From contig NMRA01001230.1 in the NCBI GenBank assembly GCA_002633005.1, positions 1,692 to 37,434 on the forward strand: a stretch of DNA of 35,743 nt, in the 5' to 3' direction. Below the pieces are notes generated by a model. That model had not been told where the DNA came from and did no database searches. It saw nothing but the letters and a program-made list of their open reading frames with translations. Position 1 is the first letter of the stretch; every line of letters starts with the position of its first letter. Position numbers and translations under genes: made by a program. Below, piece by piece: positions 25,385 to 35,743 of the stretch. This DNA comes from Phoronis australis (taxonomy: Eukaryota; Animalia; Phoronida).

Positions 25385-25844
25385 TACATACCTTCCTACG
25401 ATACGCGCCATTCAACTGAAAGGAGGCTGGCTGTCATTCTCAGCCTGCCATTCAGTGATTACCCGGCTGTTGTTTCCAGTGAGCATCAGCCTTCTGTTCA
25501 ATAACGCTAGGGCCTCGCTAAAAAGCAAGACTATGAGAGATTACGTGAGACATTGTCGTGTATTTTGAATGAGAACTCGTGACTTTGACAAGATTTTAGC
25601 TAGGTCCTAGCGTTACTGAACGGCGTCTGGCGTGCGTTCAGTACTGAGACGCTGGGACCTACGCTAGGACCTATGCTACGACCTAGCTAAAACCTAGTAA
25701 GTCACATGTTCTCATTTAAAATACACGGCAATATCTCACATAATCTCGCGAAGTCTTGCTTTTTAGCGAGGTCCTAGCGTTACTGAACGGGAGGCAAGTA
25801 TCCCATGGTGTTCAGCACTGGTGAAAAGGGAGATAACTCTACTG
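25385..25844 (-). repeat. Degenerate copy of the MT-A proximal promoter, split by a MITE
   Basis: Shares TACGCGCCATTCAA, TGCCATTCAGTGAT and GAAAAGGGAGATAACTCTACTG, in the same order, with 26907-27043. Confidence 0.85.
25489..25795. mobile_element. Foldback/MITE-like palindromic insertion
   Basis: Two inverted ~130-bp arms (GCCTTCTGTTCAATAACGCTAGGGCCTCGCTAAAAAGCAAGACT ... AGTCTTGCTTTTTAGCGAGGTCCTAGCGTTACTGAACGGGAGGC). Absent from the homologous promoter site at ~26990. Confidence 0.8.
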
Positions 25845-26410
25845 AGGGAAAATTGATTGCTGTAAAATAGTATATCTACACATGTTGTGTATAAATTCAA
25901 TTTACAACGTCGCGTAATGATCGGCGTTGTGTTTCTAATCGCAGTTCGGTGTTAATCAAATATGCCAGGCAGCCATTTATGCCAGTCAGCACTAGAAATT
26001 GAAAATTTAAACTTAAAATTTGAACATTTAGTTTTTATTTTGAAAAAAACTCGGTTACGTCATGTTGGTAGTACATCATAGCAATACGTTCTGGTGTTGG
26101 GCTTGACGTTTTAAGGCTAACAAAAATCGCATAATCGGTTCTGGGTTGCCTTTTTGAAAATTGATTCGGCATGATGTTTTTTCAAAAAGAAAAAAGTCCC
26201 TTGTGTTGGCCGAAAGGTCGGAATCCCTTGTTCTGGAGTCACCTGTTGCAGCTCAAACGAGTCCGCGATACCCGCTGGTTTCTGCCCACCTTCTTACAAG
26301 AAAATCAAAGACAAATGCGGCGCGCGATGATGTGACGGTAAGCAATGAACAAACTGTTTAAATTTATTGCATGCCTGTGTTTATTCACAATGAGCATTGT
26401 ATCATTTTAC

Positions 26411-26506
26411 CTGCACATTGGCAAGACTCCCACGGATCGCATTTGGCAGGAGAAGTACACGCAGGGACGTCCTTCTTGCACACTGCTTCGATCATACACG
26501 TTTTAG
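26411..26506 (-). CDS. Metallothionein-like gene A, exon 2
   Basis: 96 nt, phase 1-1, tttttcttcag| ... |gtaaaa. KTCMIEAVCKKDVPACTSPAKCDPWESCQCA. Confidence 0.8.
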
Positions 26507-26762
26507 CTGAAGAAAAAGTTAAGATTGAACCCAAGGTGATCACTTCTTTGAGGTGAACCGTGTTCAATATTGAGATTACTAAGAGCTCCTTATCTCGCAA
26601 GAAATTTTACTTGACACTTTTGTACCCGAATATTTGACGATAGCGACGATAAACATCATCAATGAATAAAAATCTGGTTAGATTTAAATAAACAATTAGA
26701 CATTTATATTGAATTGAATAAGAAAATATAAATGTAAGTGCGTACGCGGTGGTCCCACTCAC

Positions 26763-26775
26763 CTGAATCTGCCAT
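26763..26775 (-). CDS. Metallothionein-like gene A, coding part of exon 1
   Basis: acaATGGCAGATTCAG|gtgagt encodes MADS plus phase 1. Good start context, about 120 nt downstream of the TATA box. A tiny first coding exon is typical of MT genes. Confidence 0.82.
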
Positions 26776-26891
26776 TGTCGATAACAGAACTAGGCGTTGT
26801 CAATTTACTGAACGTCGTCACACTGTACTTTCCACTTCGTTTGCTAGCGTTTGCTGCTTCTGTCAGTGAATGGCAATTACTGGAAACGCCC

Positions 26892-26898
26892 TTATATA
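26892..26898 (-). promoter_or_regulatory. TATA box of MT-A
   Basis: TATATAA on the - strand, with an Inr-like TTCACT about 31 nt downstream (~26867). Confidence 0.75.
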
Positions 26899-27059
26899 GA
26901 CCTTGCTACGCGCCATTCAATGGAGGCTTCCATTCTTCAGTTGCCATTCAGTGATAACCCAACATGTCTCCATTGAGATGCTGAAAATATCAAGCATCCC
27001 AATGGTGTTCGCCACTTTAGCGAAAAGGGAGATAACTCTACTGCAGAGGTACATGTAGG

Positions 27060-27192
27060 GTGCCGAGTGCAAAAGCCGGGGGCATAACTATGAGGTACCG
27101 GCAGGTAATTTTGTGTTACAAAACGGTGCAAATACGACATGCAGACGCGGCACTCACGTATCGCGTATGAACGAAGAGTGCCGAGTGCAAAA
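27060..27192 (-). promoter_or_regulatory. Metal response element (MRE) cluster
   Basis: Two identical 15-mers TTTTGCACTCGGCAC (27060-27074, 27178-27192) contain the MTF-1 core TGCRCNC. Near-matches (TGCACCG, TGCAGAC) lie between them, and another core TGCGCGC is at 27661. Confidence 0.82.
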
Positions 27193-27536
27193 TGGGTCAT
27201 TTAACCAATCTTTTATGAGTTTTGATTGGTTGGGAGTGGCTTGACAGACAGTCTATGCAAATATTCTACGCCATTTCTGCTGTGCAGGCAGTGATGATTG
27301 TTTTTCAGGTGACTGGTTATTTGGCTGGTTTCCGATTATATCCTTACATAGTAGAAGTACTAGTACTAGGATATCACAAGGGGGGGCCAAATTTTTTTCC
27401 GGCTGTAAGAATTTGCGAAAACTGAACCACGAAATTGTAGATGCGCATAGCACCGAATGATTCCTGAAGTATTATTCAAGAAAAAAGGCAAAAAAAAAAC
27501 AAAAAAAAACGGAGAACGTGTCAAACAGGAAAAACT

Positions 27537-27604
27537 GCAAGTATCAAAGAATCGAACTCACGAGCTGCCGATTAGTTGGCGCGTGCGTTACCACTACACC
27601 ACAA
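27537..27604 (-). other. tRNA-derived sequence (SINE head or tRNA pseudogene)
   Basis: A-box-like TGGTGTAGTGGT and B-box-like GAGTTCGATTC at tRNA spacing. No convincing cloverleaf. Confidence 0.5.
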
Positions 27605-28099
27605 CGATTTTACTTCTAATCGCATACCAAGAGACCTACTTGTTTATGGTCCACAGCGTTTGCGCGCGAAACCTTCTCCTTTTTGTAATGCTTATTACAC
27701 GTTTTATATTTTGTGCCATCGATTCTTTACAAATTTGTCGTATTTAAAATAGTCTTCAAATGCCAAAAAGACCAAATCCCGGACGGGATTGCTTTGGAAA
27801 TCGTCTTAAGATAAGGTTTGGCAAAGAGAGTATTGCGAGTTTCTGAGTGATTCACTAAGGCTTCGATTAAAATTCACATCTTACCAGCAGCTTCTGTTTT
27901 TTCATCGTCACTCAGGTTCCATTTTCTTTAAAAAATGAAGTAAATTTTCTTCATTGCACAGTGGAGCAGACGGAAACGGAGTCGTAGTGCGCAGCGCCAT
28001 TGTCGGTAGCCTGCGATATCGCAGGAGAGCCTATACTTAGCCATGATAGTTCCGTTACGCCGTGTTCCGAATTTGACACTTGAAATTGGATTTGAGCCC

Positions 28100-28167
28100 N
28101 NNNNNNNNNNNNNNNNNNNNNNNNNNNNNNNNNNNNNNNNNNNNNNNNNNNNNNNNNNNNNNNNNNN
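28100..28167. other. Assembly gap
   Basis: Run of 68 N. Confidence 1.
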
Positions 28168-29925
28168 CGTCAACTGAAATTCTACGTGTTGAGGTGCCGT
28201 GTCGTTTGCTGTCACTGAATCATGAGTTGAAGCTGAAATTGAAAGGCCACACGACCCTGAAAATCGTGATTTCTAGTCGCACGGCACGTTAAACATCAGT
28301 GTCAATGTCAGCCTACTATCACTCGATCGCCGGGTGGAGTCTGTCAACAGGTGTGAAACTGTTGTCAAAATCTGTGCATTATTAGCTATCGGCCAAATTC
28401 TCCTGATTTGGTCCAGCAGACCACCGTATTTACCACTGCGTAGAGGATTTGATTTGCGACTCAGTTTGGCGTCATCGGCCAGGGAAAATCCCCACTAATC
28501 TCACTGGCCAACCCCCCGGTCCTGCCGCACCTATAAAGCCGGGAATTTCGTGAAGCCTAACTAATTAAGTCATGCCTTTTATTTGTACTCCTCGTATTTT
28601 GTGGCCGGCTGCGGAGAACCCGGTCCTTTAAATACTAAGACGTGTGGCATGCCTTCACCGGCTTAATGTAGGTATGGAAACAATAACAGCCGCCGGGGTT
28701 GAATTTATTCTGGGTCCCCGGAAAATTTTGAAACGTTATCAACCAAATGGTCATGACCTCACTTTGAACTCCGTTAAGCGCATGCTGAACGGGTGCTGAT
28801 TTGACTGCACATGAGATACAGCGTAGGGTTGTATTTACCGGTGAAATTGGGCGCGAAAACGAGCAGTGAACTTGCTAACTTTTCTATTTAAGCCTATCGG
28901 TTAGATATGGAATGCCCTACCTTGATTAGAAGCTGTAGGTCTACGTGAAAACGAACAGTGAATCTTTCAGGTTTCTAATGAATAGCTAAGTTTACAAATC
29001 AAAACGGTTAGTTACTGATATTTTCGATCCATCGTCGTAGTCCGACAAAACAAGTTCAATTTCCGCAACCTGTTGCCGTTCTGGGAAATATGGATCACTA
29101 GCTCACGTGGCACTAATGATAAATATATTTTAGCCATGGTCGCAAGAAAAGCCTACCTTTATCAAAGATTATTATTTTGATAGGATATAGAAGTGTTTAT
29201 TGAAAAAGTCAAAACTGTGTAAAAATTCGTAATGTCTTGTGTAGCTTCATTTCTTAGCAACTCAAAATCATTCAAAGGGGTAAAAAATAGGATTCAGTCA
29301 CAAACTTTAAAAAAATTATATTACGTGATAGCCGACCCTGTATAGAGTGCGGAGGTTTTTACGGACATAAACCATGCATTGGCGGCGCAGCACTGAAATA
29401 AGTGGGGAGCTAATATCCGGTGCTGTAAGCCTCTGCCACTGAGATGGTCCAGTTACCGTGGGGGGGGCGTACTCACATAAAAGAAGTATAAGGGACGTGC
29501 TGCCTGAAAGGTATCATTTTCGACAGAATTCTCTCTAGTGAGGTGTTTTTTTAATTTTAACGCAAAACTGTGCGAAAATGGGCTGGTCTGTTAATTTTAG
29601 AGCGGCACAGCCGTCCAAAAATGCTCGGGTACCCCTTCCTGGTCCAGTTGTTAGGTGTATTTGTTATTTACAGCAAGAAATTTTAATTTCTTAAAAGATA
29701 ACATCGAAAAGAAGACACACGTTTGTTTTATATGACAGGTCTGAGTAGTTGACAGAAGAAAAAAAATCCAAAGTTTTTTTCTTTAGTCGTTTACGCTGCT
29801 TGCAATTATTGTACGTGATTGTCCTGGTTATCCGACTCTACAACGAACAAGGAGGTGAACGATATATTTGGCGTGTTTTGATTGACAGAGCTAATATTTT
29901 CCAAAGTTGTTTCACCTGTTGTCGT

Positions 29926-30090
29926 TTACGCTCGCATACGCGTTACAAATATATCTACGAGGTTTATTTTATGCAATTGTTCTTTGTGTCTGCTCAGAAT
30001 GCTCAAGTTCCTGAATGTGTCCTGTCCCATAGATGATCGTGACATTTTTACTTTTCTTGCCGTAGGAAACGTTCTCTGCCGACGCCCGAA
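29926..30090 (-). pseudogene. hAT transposase C-terminal dimerization-domain remnant
   Basis: QRTFPTARKVKMSRSSMGQDTFRNLSILSRHKEQLHKINLVDI resembles the hAT consensus ERxFSxLRRxKxxLRSxMxQxRLxxLxLLxxH. Confidence 0.7.
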
Positions 30091-30189
30091 AAGCGCTACT
30101 ACATAGTTGCTCAACGACTTCTCGAAGTCTTCAAGACCCTTTGCGATCTCAAGATAGAGTATCCCCGAGACACTGACATTTCTGTTCAC

Positions 30190-31478
30190 CTGCAAGTTCC
30201 GTTGTCTGAGCTTGTTCACGACGCCTCTCTAGTATTTCTTCATCACTGTATCCCTGTTCGAATTGATAGCCTGTGAAACTTAACGATCCACCTGTGAAGT
30301 CTTCGTCGGGACTGATGAGCTCTAGCTTGTCGAAGTCGGGATTGCGAGTTGCCATGTTGACGTTTATTACATGAGCGTTCTGTTTCAAAATTAATTATTC
30401 TCACCCTAACCAATACTTATATAAAACTGAAACAAAGTCTGTCTCATTAGATGCAATTTGTAATGCCTTTGGAGTGTTCGTGAGTGCAAATGATTTGAGA
30501 AGACAGCAATGAATAAATCACTGCGTTACCGTCTTTAGGTGCAATAAAACTAGTTGACGGGACACCGAGGCCGTGTGAGCTCATGCTAATTTAGTGTTTG
30601 CTGGCAGAAACTTTTGTGAAACAACTCGATTTCCATCCAACGGCAAGGTATCAGGGGAATCTTTATTTACATTTACATTATTCAAATAATGATTGTCAAT
30701 GTACAACTTCTGCCCTGACGGTGATGTGGCCAAAGCGGAACTCAGTGAATTCGCGGCCCCCGACGAGTAAGTAGATTTGCAGTTTCCTGGCTAATTCACC
30801 AACATAATCACGTGCACTTTGGCTCACTGGTATAGTATTTTCTTGACTGGAAGTTTAGTTTCCACTGAACTTTGGCTGGTTTATTTTCGTGATGTCTGAT
30901 CAGTTTCCAAGCCACTCGGGCCGGGATAACGAGTCAATCCGGCTCCGCGGCGGGCCTGATCGGGCTCTGAGCCACTGGCCAGGATAACAAGCGTTTTGTG
31001 TTTAGAACTCAAAAGATCACAAGTCTAAACAACACAGATCTAGGTTCTCCTGTCTGTATCTCACGGAAAATACTTCAAATTTATCTCCGAACAGACCCCA
31101 AACTCCTCAGTGCTACGGACCCTATTGGCCTGCCGAACTTTGTTGGCTACGGTGCGTCCAAATACCAATAAATCCGTAACAGCGAAATAAAACAACACGA
31201 CGTTTTTATAAGACCTCGGTGTATTTTTAAGGGTTTTACATCGAAGTTTGATGATTTATTGGCGTTAAACGATGAATTCAAGCGATAAGCTGACACCAGT
31301 AACCCATGTTCTGAACTGCTGAACAGACTGCGTGTGAAACCAATTACGTCATTGGATAATTTCAACACCTCCGTCTGCCGTCAGGTGTCAGGTAACGCAA
31401 CCGTACGTGTCGTTATGGAGTAGAACTACTCGATCTAAATTGATACAAAATAGGTTGTTTTTTGGGTGGCATGCTCCT
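30190..31478 (+). mobile_element. Second, left-truncated copy of the Kolobok-like element
   Basis: Collinear with ~1690-2885 and ends GGTGGCATGCTCCT|TTAA. Carries the - strand ORF start MATRNPDF...GYQFEQGYSDEEIL. No left TIR found. Confidence 0.8.
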
Positions 31479-31564
31479 TTAAGGAATTAGTAAAATATTG
31501 AAGAAGAATGTAATGTTGATTTGGTTTAACAAAGTACATTTTAATTATTTTCGCTGCTTTTCAG

Positions 31565-31618
31565 TACCTTTCGCCACGTTGTCAAGTTTGTTAAAGATTT
31601 CCGGAGTTATTTGTGGTG
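31565..31618 (+). pseudogene. Orphan duplicate of GOT1-like exon 4
   Basis: TFRHVVKFVKDFRSYLW is homologous to 16768-16821. The donor gtaagt is mutated to ttaagt and the neighbouring exons were not found. Confidence 0.8.
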
Positions 31619-31787
31619 TTAAGTTAAACTAAGTTCATTTTGTTTGCATTCATAAATAAATGCGATTATCTCCATTTCCATAGCAACCAATTTCAAGACA
31701 GGTTATGGTAGTGAAGAAGTGAGGTTTAAGTAAGAAAACGTTATCCAAACACGTGCCGTTTTTAGGCTAATACTGGGTGTTTGGGTA

Positions 31788-32028
31788 TAAATATGTAAAA
31801 ATTACAGGCGGTCCCGTACCGTTGTACCAGACGTACACAGGCCGCGCACGTGGGCCCATTGCACTTATCTCCTCGAACCATTTTGGGCTTTATTATATAG
31901 TTAAAACCGAGCTGAGGAGCTAGAGACCTTACTCACGAGTCCATAGCAGTGAGGGCCCAATGCGACTCGAACCCTACCTCGAGACAGAAAGCGGGCACCT
32001 ATCACACTAGGTCACACTGCCTCCTCAC
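31788..32028 (-). mobile_element. tRNA-derived SINE
   Basis: 13-bp target-site duplication GGGTGTTTGGGTA (31775-31787, 32029-32041). A-box-like GTGACCTAGTG and B-box GGTTCGAGTC in the 5' head. Confidence 0.8.
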
Positions 32029-33707
32029 GGGTGTTTGGGTAATTAGAAAACGAATATTGCCAGATTGTAGCGACTGCTGCAGTAGCCGCCACTGACCCCC
32101 ATCGAGAAATTGAAGTTAACACTGCTTATGTCTTTAGTTGGCGCGAAGTTTAAAGGTCGTCTATTTATGGAACGCCTTTGCATATGAGTTGTCGCATTGG
32201 TCTAAGGAGATTTGCCAATCACGTGTGCCTAAGGTGTCACAACAAACTCGCTTTCAGAACTTCTCAGCCAGTCAGAATGTCTTGACAAAATGAGAACGTG
32301 AGGGTTGAACTTTTAAAAATGGACTCCAAAACGTAGAATATTAGATTCCGTTCCGTTGATGCAAGATGACTGTTACCTTGCCTTGGCTTGCTCAGCGCAA
32401 TGAGCTATACCAGGTATAGCTCATTGCTCAGCGCAACTGAATGGATTGTTTCTGTAGAGTTCCAGAGTGCCATGAGTATTCACTCACATACGATGCATCA
32501 TGATATGAAAACCAAATATTTTTGTACTTTTACACAAGTCTTTTCTTTTCAAACTTTGTTGAATTCATTGTGAACGTTTGCTTTTACGAACTTGCGGCAG
32601 CTTGTACCGTTTTCACATTAGTCATTGACAAAGGAGGGCGCATTTTGATTTAACATCGGGTAGTCTCGAGCCTAACTTTGCCCTCAGACGTGGCGTGCCA
32701 ATTTTTGTCATACCATCAATTATTCTACAGTTTGAAATTCAGTCACATGATTTGCCGTGTGACTGAGGTAAGAATAATCACAGATAACGTTCACCTCCAA
32801 CTGAAATTTTAGGCTACCAAAATATCAGAGGTTTTCCGGAGGAGGCGAAATTTCAAGGCAACTTGAGGGTGCCATACATTTCTACATGCACGTCAAGAGA
32901 CAATGCGTGAAGCGTTTGAAATGACGTCATTGTGTTTACGAAAAGGGTTTTTTTCTAAGTACATTTTGTAAAGTTTGAATTTGAAAAATTTTTGACGTTA
33001 TTTTCAGTGGTTACTTTTGGATAGAAAAACCATAGATTAAATTCTATTTAACTTTTCTTATGACGTTCTCAATGCATGCACTGGACCAAGTATAATTTTA
33101 TTGATGAGAACATAATTGTGCGTTTTATAACACAAGTAAGGAACTATTCTTGTCGATTGTGATAATTTTATTGTGTGTATACAGTACTTGTATTTATACA
33201 GAGTAGTAAATGTCTTTGTGTGCTGAGCTAAATAGGTTTACACTTGAAGTCGCCTGAAACAGATTTTTCCCAGTGTAATCTAGAAATCTCAGCAGACGAC
33301 ATTTCTAATTACAAAACATTTCGTTAGGTCATTAACATAACACATGTTTAACAAGCTTTAGAGGTGGAGGTTTAAAACTTTAAGTTATACAGACACTGAA
33401 CTTTGCTTCTATATGGCCACGTCTATTCAACAATTAACCTCTCATGGCCACCTTGACCATTGTCTATGAATAACATATACCTTACTGTTTTTCAAAGAGA
33501 ACTGACATGTTTAGTAAAGGGAACCAGGCAAGTATATAAAAGCAGATAGGGAATGATTATACAACATAAACAGTATTCAATAGATAAGAAGACTATGTAT
33601 TCTGGAATTAAACCGATGGAATATAACGAGGACAGAGCAGATAAATTCCGAATCGAGAAAGGAAACCATGACCTCGAGGTTCCCCAGCTCCATCAAAAGG
33701 CGGCGCT

Positions 33708-33787
33708 CTAAGTGCGGCAGCTGCAGTCATCCTTGCACGGGCAAGCAGTGCCCTTCTTGCAACCTACTCCACACTTGCACTCGTCGC
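33708..33787 (-). CDS. Metallothionein-like gene B, last exon
   Basis: tttgtagcag| acceptor. (G)DECKCGVGCKKGTACPCKDDCSCRT-TAG. Confidence 0.92.
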
Positions 33788-34269
33788 CTGCTACAAAATT
33801 TTTAAAATAATTTCATCAAAACCCTAAATACATGACATAAAATTCTATGAGCTAGACCTGAAGTATTAACTGTTAGTTCTTACATACTTCAGAGATTACT
33901 TCTAAGCCAAGTAAGGGACAAGAAAGCTCCACTTTTATGACGGCAAATACCCAACATCAGAATTTGCGACAGGAAGCACGCATATAATGCCATTTTAAAT
34001 TTTACCTGAATAATGAAAATAGTGCCGAGTTAAAATGATGTTCACTAGTTATACACACTTTCACCAGGGTCAGTCGCAAACCCGACGTTTGTCTATGAGT
34101 CTTAACAAATTCATTAAATCCGAAAACTGAGAATTTCAGAGTATTGAACCAAATTCACTTTGCCTAAACGACACACACAAGGATTTTTAAGCCTTTTGTT
34201 CTTGTACCAGACCACAACCGTTAAGTAATGCGTCTGTGGGTGTGACTAAAATTTTTATCAGCAACTCAC

Positions 34270-34362
34270 CTGCGCACTTGCATTTCGATATGCACGAACA
34301 GGTGTCGGGGCACTTGCAGGGGGTCTTGGAGTCACATCCGCAACCACATTGGCAGCTGCCGC
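34270..34362 (-). CDS. Metallothionein-like gene B, repeat exon
   Basis: 93 nt, phase 1-1, caatag| ... |gtgagt. GSCQCGCGCDSKTPCKCPDTCSCISKCKCA. Confidence 0.92.
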
Positions 34363-34959
34363 CTATTGGCAAAACCGAAAATATCACGAGTGAGAAATTA
34401 ACGATTTCACAATTCGTAAATGAGAATTCATACTTAAATTTCAACGATTACTACTTAAAAGAGAACGTGTAAACACAAAGTAGGCTTACAATGACTTGCC
34501 TTACACACCTTTACAAACTCCTTGCCAATAGGTGTGCAATATAACACTCTGACAACTAAAGCATATATTAACTTATTCTGGCCTTTTTCAAAAATTGATA
34601 CGTTTTTGGCGCGATATTTTTTAGCTGCGCACACTTCCAAAAACCAAATCACCTGAGATTGGCGAAACCAGTGCCGTTCTTTTTTTACCGCACTCAAATC
34701 AATTTCAGTGCTGCAGCGACATCTCTGATGGCTGTTTGTGAGGGGGGCCGGAGGGGGTGAGGGAGCTGATGGCACTCGGTGTTTACCACCTTGCGTGCAT
34801 GCGTGCGTGTGTTTGTTAAAAATAAAACGAGGCTTCGCATGAAATTTATACGTGGAAGTTTTTGCTTTAGTGAGGCGCAGTTTTCAAAATTAGTAGGAGC
34901 ACAAACGAGAAGCAAGTTATGCCCTTATAGCCTCATAGGAGACCATGACGTTAACTCAC

Positions 34960-35070
34960 CAGCGCATTTACACTTGGGTTCACAGCAGGAAGCCGGTTTG
35001 CACGAGCACGTGTCGGGGCACTTGCAGGGTGTCTTGGAGTCACAACCGACACCACACTGGCAGTTACCAC
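34960..35070 (-). CDS. Metallothionein-like gene B, long repeat exon
   Basis: 111 nt, phase 1-1, caatag| ... |gtgagt. GNCQCGVGCDSKTPCKCPDTCSCKPASCCEPKCKCA. Confidence 0.92.
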
Positions 35071-35682
35071 CTATTGACAGAAATAAAAACAGCGCAAGTT
35101 AAATTGAGGACTTTGCGTCATGTAAATGAGAACTCAAATTTCAATGTTTTATGCTCGGTATCGAACACATAAACACATTTGGTATCGACACGCTTGCAAG
35201 GTAACAATAATGGACTAAATGTAGTTAACGATTCGATGACACTCTAACACAGACATTGCCTTGGCCTACACACACCTTCAATTACTCCCTGATTGCAGAT
35301 GTGTAATACAACTTTAAGGCAAAAACATAGTTGGTCGTGGCCTTTTTGAAAATTGATGCGTTATTTTTTATTTGCGCACATTTTCGAAGGCAGATCCACA
35401 TGAGTGAGATTGGCGAAAGTGGTGCCGTTTTCTTTCTTTTTAGGATACTCAAATGCAGCCTCGTGGTTATCTGCGTGTGGGGGAAAGTTGATGGTATGGC
35501 GTTTAAAACTTTACTTGTTCGCGTCTGGGGTGATTTTTAAAAAAACGAGGCTTCATCTGAAATGGATCCGCGGACGCTTTTTCTTTAATGAGTGAGGAGC
35601 AAGTTTCACAATGAGTAGGGGCACAGACCAGAATCAGCTATGCCCAGTTTTGATCTCATAGGAGACCATAATATCAACTCAC

Positions 35683-35743
35683 CTGCGCATTTGCATTTCG
35701 ATATGCACGAACAGGTGTCGGGGCACTTGCAGGGGGTCTTGGA
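35683..35743 (-). CDS. Metallothionein-like gene B, repeat exon (cut by window edge)
   Basis: SKTPCKCPDTCSCISKCKCA-G|gtgagt, nearly identical to 34270-34330. Confidence 0.9.

Larger units (their letters stand above)
28710..34385. repeat. Tandem segmental duplication, copy 2 (with extra TE insertions)
   Basis: Same collinear blocks as 15170-19860, interrupted by hAT, Kolobok-like and SINE sequences. Confidence 0.85.
34270..35743 (-). repeat. ~700-bp exon+intron tandem modules of MT-B
   Basis: Exon donors are spaced 690 and 723 bp apart. The two introns share TGAGATTGGCGAAA, AAAACGAGGCTTC and CTCATAGGAGACCAT. Confidence 0.85.

Noticed and set aside
27537-27604. Functional tRNA gene
   Set aside because: A and B boxes are present but the acceptor and anticodon stems do not pair well.
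34532-35380. Isolated TGCRCNC matches in MT-B introns
   Set aside because: Single 7-mers are expected by chance and lack the extended MRE context.

Overview
AT-rich, intron-containing animal genomic DNA, probably a marine invertebrate (taxon is inference only). The ORF track misses the real genes because they are split into short exons. (1) Minus strand: two tandem multi-domain metallothionein (MT)-like genes. MT-A is complete, join(26775-26763, 26506-26411, 25283-25191, 19845-19753, 18788-18652), 143 aa with 32 Cys, and has a TATA box and metal-response elements. MT-B runs off the right edge, with exons 35743-35683, 35070-34960, 34362-34270 and 33787-33708. Both are built from phase-1 exons repeating a 9-Cys module. 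MT-A has lost its stop codon by a 17-nt deletion and carries a relic copy of its own promoter in intron 2. (2) Plus strand: a divergent 5-exon GOT1/Got1p-like membrane protein gene (9886-17176, about 245 aa), tail-to-tail with MT-A. (3) A tandem segmental duplication (about 15.2-19.9 kb vs 28.7-34.4 kb) that relates the two MT genes and left a dead GOT1-like exon. (4) Many transposon relics: Kolobok-like elements, an RTEX/CR1-type LINE, a Helentron-type element with CTCF-like motif repeats and a nested ISL2EU-like element, a foldback MITE, a tRNA-derived SINE and a hAT fragment. One assembly gap lies at 28100-28167. All family calls come from motif recognition by eye; no searches were run.
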